Below, piece by piece: positions 1 to 8,887 of a stretch of 64,000 nt of DNA. The notes beneath the pieces are model-generated. The model saw only the letters and a program-made list of their open reading frames with translations. It was not told the origin of the DNA and did no database searches. Numbering within the stretch: position 1 is the first letter of the stretch; each line of letters opens with the position of its first letter. Source of the stretch: Trueperaceae bacterium (GTDB lineage Bacteria; Deinococcota; Deinococci; Deinococcales; Trueperaceae); NCBI GenBank assembly GCA_965214405.1, contig OZ243956.1, forward strand, positions 512,001-576,000. Direction: 5' to 3'. The translations under genes and the position numbers were made by a program.

Positions 1-2
1 CC

Positions 3-320
3 ACCGCCGACCAGCCGGACTTTGCCGCGGACGGCAAAATCTTTGTTATCGAAAGCGCGAGCGCGGCGGACGGCCTCACCGAGGTGCGGTTGCAGATAGC
101 CGGGCCAAGCACGCTTTTGGGCAACCCGGTCGGCGTCGCCTTTGACGGAACTCACCTTTTCGTCACCGAAAGAACCAAGGACGCGGTGCTGCGTTTTGAC
201 GACGTGCTTACCCTAACGGGCGCGCAGGATTTAGCGCCCTCCGGCGCGGTGACGGTGGCGCAACCTGAAGCGGTGGCGGTGGTGGGTGAGGCGTTGGAAG
301 CCGCAGACGCCGAGAGATGA
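3..320 (+). CDS. C-terminal part of an NHL/beta-propeller-like protein (5' end outside window)
   Basis: Frame open from position 3; LGNPVGVAFDGTHLFVTE resembles an NHL repeat. Confidence 0.55.
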   Translation, partial: TADQPDFAADGKIFVIESASAADGLTEVRLQIAGPSTLLGNPVGVAFDGTHLFVTERTKDAVLRFDDVLTLTGAQDLAPSGAVTVAQPEAVAVVGEALEAADAER

Positions 321-459
321 ATCCGCGCGCTTAGAACCTTTTGGAGTCGACCTTTTCGGTCGGCACGGTTCAAGATGACGGTTCAAGATTATCGGCTTTT
401 GGAAGGGTGCAGGGCTGGGGCTCGAGGGTCGCCCACGGGTGCAGCCCGCTAGTGTCGGA

Positions 460-1590
460 TTAAGCCGGGGCAGGGTAAGCGAGGTGCCTGAGCTGCCCAA
501 AGTCAATGAGGGAATGTTTGGCACAGGTCTGGGCACGCAAAGAGGCCATACTGGCAGCACCTTGTTTGGACCAGTGCATCCCGCTTCTTTTCATACGGTT
601 TCCGATAACGGCTTTGTTCATCCCTTCGATTTGCCCTGAACCGATGGGATAGCCTTTTTCTGTGAACCGAGCATAATCCATACTGTCAAGCCGGGTTTCA
701 AGATACTTTAGAGCAGTTTGCGCTTTGTCATCCCAGGTGAGCCAGACCTCGGGTTTAGGAAGGTGGTGAGCGAGCCAGTCACGGGCGTTGAGCTGACCCC
801 GATACCAGTCACAGCGGTGGCGCGTTCTTAGGTCTTCATCCCAAGCCAGTGCTTGCATGATGGTGTCGAGGTACTGAGTGGCGTGGTAGACGTCGGTGAT
901 TCTTACGGCGTCGAGATGACAAAAGATGTTGTCAATCCAAACGGCTCCATCACCCAAACCGAGCAGCGTATCCGCGGGGGTGACTCCGGCTTCGTTGAGT
1001 AAACCCGCCACGAGCGTGACAAAGTCTTCGGCACAGCAGCGTTCGGCCAACATCCAGCGCTGACTCGGAGCGGCTTGCGGATAAAGTACGGCTGTTTTGA
1101 GTTCCAGGCCAGGACATAGCCCCTGTTCAGGTTGCCCTAAGACGTAGACGCCGTCCATTTGCAACACCATGACGCGTCCTTGTCGGCGTGCCGCTTCAGG
1201 CTCTGAACAAGACAACAGTCTGTCTGCCACCTCGGCTCGACACGCCTCAGCGTAGGGGCGTTGCAAGCGGTCTAATTCTGACGAGCTAATCCTCAGGCCG
1301 AAGTTGCGCGCGATGTAAGCGCCTTCTTCTAAGGGCACGCGCGCTGCTAAGTCGGTCAGGCAAGCTAAGGCTTTGGGCGTCCAGCCCGAATGGTCTAAGC
1401 GTCTATCGAGGATAGCTTGTTTGGCTCGACCCTCTCTATCAACCAGCCTTTGTACCTCGACATAGACCCGGCCCCACAAGTGCTTAACCGCGCAGCGACG
1501 TTTGCCGTTACCCCAATAGCCTTCAGGTACTTCTCTTTTGTGCTCGGGGGGAAAAGCTCCGGCTATCTGCCAGAGCTTGCATAGTCTCAC
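460..1590 (-). CDS. ISKra4-family transposase, catalytic ORF (orfB)
   Basis: Motifs QMDG, GDGAVWI, DVYHA, GYPIGSGQIEG, RMKRSGMHWS. Confidence 0.85.
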   Translation of the reverse strand: MRLCKLWQIAGAFPPEHKREVPEGYWGNGKRRCAVKHLWGRVYVEVQRLVDREGRAKQAILDRRLDHSGWTPKALACLTDLAARVPLEEGAYIARNFGLRISSSELDRLQRPYAEACRAEVADRLLSCSEPEAARRQGRVMVLQMDGVYVLGQPEQGLCPGLELKTAVLYPQAAPSQRWMLAERCCAEDFVTLVAGLLNEAGVTPADTLLGLGDGAVWIDNIFCHLDAVRITDVYHATQYLDTIMQALAWDEDLRTRHRCDWYRGQLNARDWLAHHLPKPEVWLTWDDKAQTALKYLETRLDSMDYARFTEKGYPIGSGQIEGMNKAVIGNRMKRSGMHWSKQGAASMASLRAQTCAKHSLIDFGQLRHLAYPAPA

Positions 1591-1738
1591 TCATCATCGC
1601 TTGATAATGCGCCAGCATCGCCGTCTCAACCTCGGCTACACCCGCATCTTCGGGTAGGTCTCGTTCCAAAGCTTCTAAGTACCTGCCAAACGCTTCCTTC
1701 GCCCGTTCTTTCCAATCACCTGTCTGGCTCGTTTTCAT
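1523..1738 (-). CDS. Transposase N-terminal ORF (orfA), overlaps orfB in another frame
   Basis: 71-aa ORF; TAGAAT 5 nt before ATG; TTTTCCCCCC tract in the overlap. Confidence 0.7.
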   Translation of the reverse strand: MKTSQTGDWKERAKEAFGRYLEALERDLPEDAGVAEVETAMLAHYQAMMSETMQALADSRSFSPRAQKRST

Positions 1739-1840
1739 CCGCCATTCTACCGCTGCTACGCCCCTTTTTCTATCCGCCTATTTGGGGTTGCACCCGTCGC
1801 CCACACGCTGACCGAGCATCTCGAGCCCTTCTGGACGCTC

Positions 1841-2629
1841 TTACGCGGGAGCGTCCAGCACGCTGAGCATCTTGGGCACCTGTTTAGATACCAAATAGCG
1901 GATCATCCCGAGCGTGCTCACGCTGCTAAGAACCAAGACCAAAAAGTTGGTCCTAACCCGGCTTACCAGGAGCCCCTGGTCGTGATACTCGAGGTAGAGG
2001 CTTTCTAAGGGCGGGACTTTGAGCCCCTCGCCCAGCACCCCGGCAATCGAGCCCAGCGTCCGGCAGTAGGTCCCCAACTTGAGCTCGTCCGCCTCCCTGC
2101 CAGCGCGCGCCATTCCCTTGCCCGCCGCGTCAACCAAAAACACCGTCTCGACTTCTGCTTTTTCGGCAAAAGGCTCCAAGAGCGCGCCCAGACGTTGCGC
2201 GCGACTCCCTCCGCTAGGCGCGTGCGCCGCGTCTTGAACGGCAGCCGGAGCCGCAACGTGAGCGCTTTGCGCGAGCGCGGCCTCTATTTTGGGAAAAATA
2301 TCCTCGGGCGTAAAAGGCTTTTTCACCACGCCCAGGGCTCCCACTTCGCCCGCCTGGTCGAGCACGTCTTGATTGACGATGCCGGAAATGAGCAGCACCG
2401 GCAACTTGGCGTAGCGGGCGTCGTCCTTGACGGTTTTGCAGAGCCCGAAACCGTCCATACCGGGCATGACCACGTCGGCGATCATCACGTCGGGAACACG
2501 TTCGCCAAGGCGCGTCAGGGCCTCTTCGGCGCTACCCGCGGCACCCACTTCCAGGTTGCGGGTTAGGAGGATGCGCTCGAGCGCCTTACGCACGCTTACG
2601 CTGTCGTCGACTACAAGTACGTTTGCCAT
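1841..2629 (-). CDS. Response regulator receiver fused to a Roadblock/LC7 (MglB-like) domain
   Basis: VLVVDDS...IADVVMPGMDG...KPF receiver; C-terminal VFLVDAAG...LYLEY...LVLV...LGMIR Roadblock pattern; start moved to ATG 2629 with SD-like AAGGTGG. Confidence 0.8.
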   Translation of the reverse strand: MANVLVVDDSVSVRKALERILLTRNLEVGAAGSAEEALTRLGERVPDVMIADVVMPGMDGFGLCKTVKDDARYAKLPVLLISGIVNQDVLDQAGEVGALGVVKKPFTPEDIFPKIEAALAQSAHVAAPAAVQDAAHAPSGGSRAQRLGALLEPFAEKAEVETVFLVDAAGKGMARAGREADELKLGTYCRTLGSIAGVLGEGLKVPPLESLYLEYHDQGLLVSRVRTNFLVLVLSSVSTLGMIRYLVSKQVPKMLSVLDAPA

Positions 2630-2768
2630 AGAACCACCTTTTTGATGCTCGGATTTGCCTCTATTTTTCGTTTGGTCTTGACCGCCCGGAGCTCTGAGTA
2701 AAAAGTGCTTAACCAACAGGCGTGAGACGCTTGTCGGGCGCGCAAGGTACGGGCGAACGCGTGCTCGC

Positions 2769-3557
2769 TCATGTGTTGGCCTTGTCGCGCAGGTGGTCGA
2801 GTTCGACCGCCGCCTTGAGCAAAAGTTGCTGCACGGGCGTGGTAATGGTCACCGGGTTTTTAGAAGGGTTTTGGGAGGGCGCGGACGCCTCGAACAAGAA
2901 CTCGGTATCGTCGACCTCCTCGGTTCGGAAAAACAGCCTGAACAGCGCCGCTTCGCCCACCAAACCGGCAAACTCGGCGTGGACGAGCCCGCCATTTACA
3001 AAAACGACGCACGCCTCTCCGTGCTCCTGGTCCTGAAAGTAGACGTGCAGCCTGCCCGAGCGAGAGTTTTGTGATAAGGACATGGTGAGGTCGAAAAGCG
3101 TCAGCACCTCCAACGTGCCTCTCAAATTTTTCGCCCGTTGCGCCCCCGAGGAGAGCCGCGTCCTGGGTGCGGGTTTTGGTTGTGGTTTCGCTTCTGGAGG
3201 AGCGAGAAGCCGTTTAAGCGCCTCCACAATCATCTCAGGGCGGGCGTTCGCGGGAAGCACCGCGTCGGCGTACGAGGGGTCGAGGCGGTCCTCGGAGGCC
3301 TCGTCGAGCAGCAAGAAAACGAGCTCGCGCATCGTCTCGTCGCTACGCACGATGTCGTAGAGGTCAAAGCCGCTCATGTCGCCCAAATGCGCGGCGCTCA
3401 CGATGGCGCGCGGCCCCATATGCTCGAGCGTGGTCAGCGCGTAGAGCCCCCCCGAGGCGAGGAGCGGCTCGAAGCCTGCGCCCGTACACATGCTGGTGAG
3501 CGCGAGAGCCCGCGGGCCGTCCTCCATCACGATGAGCACTTTGTTTGGTTCTTTCAC
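2769..3557 (-). CDS. Pseudo-receiver plus DUF4388 (PatA-like) domain protein
   Basis: Degenerate receiver (VLIVMED, IVSAAHLGDMSG); LRGTLEVLTLFDL...SGRLHV...VFVNGGLVHA...GEAALFRL. Confidence 0.75.
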   Translation of the reverse strand: MKEPNKVLIVMEDGPRALALTSMCTGAGFEPLLASGGLYALTTLEHMGPRAIVSAAHLGDMSGFDLYDIVRSDETMRELVFLLLDEASEDRLDPSYADAVLPANARPEMIVEALKRLLAPPEAKPQPKPAPRTRLSSGAQRAKNLRGTLEVLTLFDLTMSLSQNSRSGRLHVYFQDQEHGEACVVFVNGGLVHAEFAGLVGEAALFRLFFRTEEVDDTEFLFEASAPSQNPSKNPVTITTPVQQLLLKAAVELDHLRDKANT

Positions 3558-3665
3558 GTCCGCTCTAACCTCTATCCTCTTGATGCCTGAGTCCGTTCTT
3601 TAAGGTCTACCAGCTCGCCCCGTTAGATGCTTTTACCTTTCATATGTTTCATATGTCGCACCAGC

Positions 3666-6600
3666 TTAGAAATTCTGGAGCGCGCGGAGCAGCTTGCTTT
3701 CGTCGATGGGTTTGGCAAAGTAGTTCGTGGCTCCCAGCTCGAGCGCCAAGCGCATGTGTTTGTCGCCCGCGCGGGTCGTCATGACGATAATGGGGACGGC
3801 GGCGGTGTCGGGTTTGCGGCGCACCTCCTCGATAAGTTCGTAACCGTTGACGCGGGGCATTTCCAAGTCGGTCAGGATGGCGTCGAAACGCGCCCCGACG
3901 AGAAGCTTTTCCAGCGCGTCTTGACCGTCGGAAGCGAGCACGACGTCGAAACCCGCGCGCGTGAGCATTTTGCCCACCACACGGCGCACACTAATTGAAT
4001 CATCAACCAAGAGCAAGCGGCGTTTAGTTTCTCTCACGCGCGTGGGGCCTTGAGCCGAGACGAAGGGGCTGTCTTTGCCCTGCGAGAGGCGGAGCAAGCC
4101 TGCGGGGTCGAGCACCAACACCACCTCGCCGGTATTTGATACGGCGGCCCCCGAGAGGTAGGAGAGCTTGGCGAGCATGGCGCTGAGCCCCTTGATGACC
4201 ATTTCTTCGATGTCCAAAAAGGCGTCAACCTCGGCGGCGACGGTGCCGCTCCCGGTTTCTAAAACCACGAACGACGCGTCCGGCCCCGCGCCCCCTGCGT
4301 CCACGGCAGGCAGACCCAGAATCGTCCGAACGGGCAAGAGCGGGAGGGAGCGGTTCTCGAACAGAACCCGCTTTTCGTCTCCCTCTGCCTTAACGCTCGA
4401 GCGGGGCGCGGTGCGAAGCGCCCGCACCGCGCTCACAGGAAAGGCGAACGTTTGCTCGCCGACGCCCACCAGAAGCGCCTCGGACACGATGAGCGTCAAG
4501 GGCAGCTTGAGCGTAAAGCGCGTGCCCCGCCCCCACTCGCTGCTGACGCCTATCTCGCCCTTGAGGCGGCGCACGTTCTCCGCGACGACGTCCATACCGA
4601 CGCCGCGACCCGCCTGCTTGGTCACGTCGTCTTTGGTCGACAAGCCGGGGAGGAAAATGAGCGCCGTCGCCTCCCCTTCGTTCATGGCGTCGACCTCCGC
4701 CTGGGAGCGGAAGCCCTTGGCGACCGCTTTGGCCTTGACGCGCGCCACGTCGATACCCGCGCCGTCGTCTTGCACCTCGATAAAGACGTAGTTGCTTTGG
4801 TGGTACGCGCGCAAAGAGACCCGGCCCTGGGCGGGTTTGCCCTTTTCAATACGCACCGCCTCGGGTTCGACGCCGTGCGCGATGGCGTTTTTGACGAGGT
4901 GGAGCATGGGGTCGGCCACGGCTTCCAAGATCACGTTGTCGATCTCGGTTCCCTCGCCCGCCGTGGTGAGGGTGAACGACTTGCCTTCGCCCGCGACCAG
5001 GAGGCGTTTCAAGCGGGAGAAGAGACCGCGGACGGGCACCAAGCGGGCGCGGCCCACCTCGCCGCGCAGACTCCTCGAGAGTTTCTGGATGGTCTCGGTT
5101 TCGGCGGCCAGACTCCCCCCGATGCGCGCGAGCTGCGTCTGGATTTCGGACAAGTCGTTCGCCATCTCCCCGACGCTGCGCGCCAAGATGTTGAGGTCGT
5201 TGTAGGAGTCGAACTCGAGCTCGTCGAAGAGTTCAGCGGTGGTCGCGCCCAGCCCGCGCCGCTCCCCCTCGGCGTCTACTTGTGTGTTCGTGGCTTTGGT
5301 CGTAGCTTGGGTCATGGCGGCGAGGCGCGGGTTGAGGTACTTTTCCTCAAACTCGCTCACGGTGCGCAAAAGGCGCGCGCGGCTCGTGTCCAAAATGGTG
5401 TTGACCCCGCCGAACTCTTGCACCTGACGCTCCAACCGGGCGCGCGCCGCGACCATGTCACCGGCCAAGTTCATCAAGGTGTCGAGCTTGTCGAGTTTCA
5501 CGCGGATGATGGCGTTAGGGGCGGTCTCGGTTTCCGTGTCGGCTTGGTCGGTACTTTCTTCGGCCACACCCCCTAATTCGATAATTTGGGGCGCAGCCTC
5601 GCCGAGCAGCGCGGTTAGGCCCTCGCTGGTCTCGCGCAGCGCCTCCTCGAGCGCGGCCCCATGACCCTCAGCGCGCCCTTCGGCGGTCTCCAGCATGAGG
5701 CGCAAGCTTTCGTTACCCCTCTTGAGCACGCCCAGCAAGATTTCGTCAAAGGCCATGCCTTCCTCACGTACGGCGACCATGAGGTCTTCTAAACCGTGGG
5801 CGAGCTCGCCCACTTCGGGCAACTCGGCCATGTATGCCGCGCCCTTGAGCGTGTGCGCGGCGCGGAACACGCTGTTGAGCGCGCCTTCGCTGTAGCCTTG
5901 CGCCAGCGTTTCCAATGCCTCGTGGATCGTCTCGACGTGTTCGCTCGCCTCGGGGCCGAAAAAGCCCCAGGTGTCGGCGTCGCGTTTGGGAAACGCGCGC
6001 AGCTTCTTGGTGAGCTCGAGGTAAGGATTCGCGCCGGACGCCCCCTCTGCCCCCAAGGCTTCCGCGGTGTTTTCAGCGGGTTCGGCGGTCGGCTCGAGCC
6101 CCAAAAGCTCAGCCATCTCGCGCTGCGCCTTCCGGACGCTCTCCTTGACCCCGACGTCGCGGCCTTCGGCGCTCAGGAGCATGTCGCTCAGCGCGCCCAC
6201 ACCCGTTTGCAGCGCGGTGACCACGTCGCCAAAGGGTCGGCCCTCCTCGCGCACGGCGACCATGAGATCTTCTAAGCCGTGAGCAAGCTCGCCCATCGGC
6301 GTCAGACCCACCATGTAGGCCGAGCCCTTGAGGGTGTGCGTGGCGCGGAAGAGCCGCGTGAGGTGGTCGTCACTCACCCCGCCGCTTACGTCATCAGGCG
6401 CAACTTCACTCAACACGTCGCGGATGGCGTCGATATGTTCGCTCGCCTCGGGCGCGAAAAATTCCCAGGTGTCGGCGTCTTGGGCGTAAAAGCGGCGCAG
6501 CTCCTCGACGAGGCCGAGTTGGGTCTTCCCATGAGCGTCTTGGGCGGCAAAGCTCTTACGGACGAAGCTCTTGGGGTGCGCGCGCAGGAGCTCCAAAAAG

Positions 6601-6986
6601 CCGCGCGAGCCGCCCAGATGGGCGAGTTGCAAGCCGAGTTCGCCCTCGTCGCCGCTCCGGCCGATGCTCTCGAGCCCGCCCTGCAAACAGGTCAGCACCT
6701 GCTCCAAAAAGAACGTGAGCTTGGCGGCACCCTCGGGCGTGATGGGCTCGGCTTCTTGCAACCTTTCGGCAAGCTCTTCGACGAGCCCGCCGAGCCGCGA
6801 AAGCTGCGGGTAGTCGTAGAGCGCGGCGGACCCCTTGACGCGGTGGGCGATGACGGATAAATCATGAAGGGCGGGACCGGTCACGCCCTCGCGTAACCGG
6901 TTGACGATGCCCTCAAAGCCTCCCAACGCGTCGTAAGCGTCGAGCACGAAGGTTTCTAAAAGTTCGGCGCGTTGCACAGATTCCAT
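3666..6986 (-). CDS. cheA: Hybrid CheA histidine kinase (3 Hpt, HATPase, CheW, receiver; ChpA/PilL-like)
   Basis: AHRVKGSA, THTLKGSA, AHTLKGAA; HLVKNAIAHG, DDGAG, GRGVGMDVV; C-terminal LLVDDS/TDLEMP. Confidence 0.93.
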   Translation of the reverse strand: MESVQRAELLETFVLDAYDALGGFEGIVNRLREGVTGPALHDLSVIAHRVKGSAALYDYPQLSRLGGLVEELAERLQEAEPITPEGAAKLTFFLEQVLTCLQGGLESIGRSGDEGELGLQLAHLGGSRGFLELLRAHPKSFVRKSFAAQDAHGKTQLGLVEELRRFYAQDADTWEFFAPEASEHIDAIRDVLSEVAPDDVSGGVSDDHLTRLFRATHTLKGSAYMVGLTPMGELAHGLEDLMVAVREEGRPFGDVVTALQTGVGALSDMLLSAEGRDVGVKESVRKAQREMAELLGLEPTAEPAENTAEALGAEGASGANPYLELTKKLRAFPKRDADTWGFFGPEASEHVETIHEALETLAQGYSEGALNSVFRAAHTLKGAAYMAELPEVGELAHGLEDLMVAVREEGMAFDEILLGVLKRGNESLRLMLETAEGRAEGHGAALEEALRETSEGLTALLGEAAPQIIELGGVAEESTDQADTETETAPNAIIRVKLDKLDTLMNLAGDMVAARARLERQVQEFGGVNTILDTSRARLLRTVSEFEEKYLNPRLAAMTQATTKATNTQVDAEGERRGLGATTAELFDELEFDSYNDLNILARSVGEMANDLSEIQTQLARIGGSLAAETETIQKLSRSLRGEVGRARLVPVRGLFSRLKRLLVAGEGKSFTLTTAGEGTEIDNVILEAVADPMLHLVKNAIAHGVEPEAVRIEKGKPAQGRVSLRAYHQSNYVFIEVQDDGAGIDVARVKAKAVAKGFRSQAEVDAMNEGEATALIFLPGLSTKDDVTKQAGRGVGMDVVAENVRRLKGEIGVSSEWGRGTRFTLKLPLTLIVSEALLVGVGEQTFAFPVSAVRALRTAPRSSVKAEGDEKRVLFENRSLPLLPVRTILGLPAVDAGGAGPDASFVVLETGSGTVAAEVDAFLDIEEMVIKGLSAMLAKLSYLSGAAVSNTGEVVLVLDPAGLLRLSQGKDSPFVSAQGPTRVRETKRRLLLVDDSISVRRVVGKMLTRAGFDVVLASDGQDALEKLLVGARFDAILTDLEMPRVNGYELIEEVRRKPDTAAVPIIVMTTRAGDKHMRLALELGATNYFAKPIDESKLLRALQNF

Positions 6987-6988
6987 AA

Positions 6989-8878
6989 TTAGTTCAGGCG
7001 GAAGCGGGCTAAGTTGCCGGTCATCGCCTCGGCGAGCTCTTGGAGCTTCCGGGCGGCTTCACGACCGCGGATAACCGACGCCTGCGAGCGCTCGGAAATA
7101 CCGGCGATCGTCGAGACCGACGACCCTACCTCTTCCACGTTCCGTACCTGACCCTGGGTGGCCTGCGAAATAAGCTGCGCGAGCGCCGCCGAGCGGTTGG
7201 CGATGTCGCCGATCTCTTTAAGACGCTCGCCCGCCTCGGTGGTCACGCGGTAACCCGTTTCCACCTCGCGCGTGCCGTCCTCGACCGACACGATCACCTC
7301 TTGCACCTCGTTTTGCACGGCTTTAATGAGCGTTTCGATGCGCTCGGTGGCGAGCTTGGAGTCTTCCGCCAATCTGCGGACCTCGCCCGCGACGACCGCG
7401 AAGCGGCTCCCGGCCTCGCCCGCGCCCGACGCCTCGATGGCGGCGTTGAGCGCCAAGAGGTTTGTCTGCGAGGAGATGCGCGAAATGGTCTCGACGATTT
7501 CCGAAATCTCCAAGGAGCGGTCGCCCAAGCCTTTGATGCGTTTGGAGATGGACTGCACCTCGCGGCGGATGTTCTGCATCCCGTGGAGCGTGTTGTCGAG
7601 CGCCTGCTGACCCTGCTGCGAGGCTTGAAGGGTACGACCGGCGGCCCGCGCGGACTCTTCGGCGTTTTCGGCCATCTCACGAATCGAGGCGGTCAGCTGC
7701 CGCACGTCACCCGTGGCCTTGCGGGCTTCTTCAGCCTGGAGCGTCGCGTTTTGGGTGATCTCGTCGGTAATCCCGGCCATTTCCGATGAGCCTTCGGTAA
7801 CGGATAGCGCGGTACCCTGCACGTCCTGGAGGAGGTAGGTGAGTTCTTCGACCATTAGGTTGATCGCGTCAACCACGTTGCCGAGCACGCCTTCGGACAC
7901 GGCGCCGCGCTTGGTAAAGTCGCCGTCGGCGATGTCCATCGCGACTTCCAGAAACGAGCCGATGTTCGCCTGAAGCATTTCTCGCTGGCGGCGCTGTTCG
8001 TCTCGGTCTTCCTCGGTCTGCACCATGCCGCGCAGACGCATGACGGTGTTGTTAAAGGTTCGCGCCAAAAGCCCTATTTCGTCGGTTGAACGAACCTCGG
8101 CGAGGTTCGACAGGTCCCCCTGACCAACCTTTGAAGCCACGTCCACAAGGCGGCGAATGGGGTTAACGATGCGGTTGGCGAAAACGGCCGCCAAGCCGAT
8201 GACGACAAGGGTGATGGCGCCGAAGATGGCCAGCAGGGTGAGCAAGCCTCTGCTGGCCGCCGCGCGCACGACCGTTAGGTTCATGCCGATGTAGACCGTG
8301 CCCAACTGGCCGTCCAGAATAGGCGCTGCAAGTTGCAGAACGCTCTCGGTCTGGTCTGTTTCTAGGTTACGGTAGGTGAATTCGGCGCCACCGTCCGGGT
8401 TGCCCGCGTTGTCCGAGCGTTGAGCGCTCGCCTGCACCACTTCTTTGGGGACGAAGGGGGCAAAGGTATGGACGATGATGTTACCCTCGCTGTCGCTTAT
8501 CCAGATGTAGGCAACGGAGCTAAATTCGGCTTCCTGGTTGGCGAGCGCCTGAAGCTGGGTTGTGTCGCCTGCGGCAAGGTAGCCGGGGGCAATCTCGGCG
8601 AGCGTGCCGATGGTCGCCTCGCCCTCCTGCACCAAACCTTCGCGGAGCGTGTTGCGCAGGTTGGTCGAAGAGACGAAAACGCCCACCGCGGCAAACACGA
8701 ACAAAACCAGCGTAAGAAAGATGATGATTTTGGCGCTGAGGCCGAGACCCCTGGAGGTCGGCGTAGGGGCATTCTCACCCCTTGCTGAAACGTCTTTTTT
8801 AGCCCTCTTGTTTTTAGCGGGTTGGGCCGTGTGGGGCTGAACGGGGGTGGCGAGCGTAACGGTATCGGGTTCTTGCAC
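6989..8878 (-). CDS. Methyl-accepting chemotaxis protein (2 TM, Cache-like sensor, HAMP)
   Basis: ISSQTNLLALNAAIEASGAGEAGSRFAVVAGEVRRLA signalling tip; HAMP DEIGLLARTFN. Confidence 0.93.
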   Translation of the reverse strand: MQEPDTVTLATPVQPHTAQPAKNKRAKKDVSARGENAPTPTSRGLGLSAKIIIFLTLVLFVFAAVGVFVSSTNLRNTLREGLVQEGEATIGTLAEIAPGYLAAGDTTQLQALANQEAEFSSVAYIWISDSEGNIIVHTFAPFVPKEVVQASAQRSDNAGNPDGGAEFTYRNLETDQTESVLQLAAPILDGQLGTVYIGMNLTVVRAAASRGLLTLLAIFGAITLVVIGLAAVFANRIVNPIRRLVDVASKVGQGDLSNLAEVRSTDEIGLLARTFNNTVMRLRGMVQTEEDRDEQRRQREMLQANIGSFLEVAMDIADGDFTKRGAVSEGVLGNVVDAINLMVEELTYLLQDVQGTALSVTEGSSEMAGITDEITQNATLQAEEARKATGDVRQLTASIREMAENAEESARAAGRTLQASQQGQQALDNTLHGMQNIRREVQSISKRIKGLGDRSLEISEIVETISRISSQTNLLALNAAIEASGAGEAGSRFAVVAGEVRRLAEDSKLATERIETLIKAVQNEVQEVIVSVEDGTREVETGYRVTTEAGERLKEIGDIANRSAALAQLISQATQGQVRNVEEVGSSVSTIAGISERSQASVIRGREAARKLQELAEAMTGNLARFRLN

Positions 8879-8887
8879 GTTATTCTC

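Larger units (their letters stand above)
437..1795 (-). mobile_element. Insertion sequence, ISKra4-type (Mutator-like DDE), 1359 bp
   Basis: Imperfect terminal IRs GGGTGCAGCCC.../GGGTGCAACCC... (17/24 match); exact 9-bp direct repeat GTCGCCCAC at 428-436 and 1796-1804; transposase inside. Confidence 0.9.

Noticed and set aside
4168..7789. Long plus-strand ORFs (e.g. 4452-5576, 7040-7789)
   Set aside because: Antisense shadows of cheA and MCP, typical of high-GC DNA, with no motifs.
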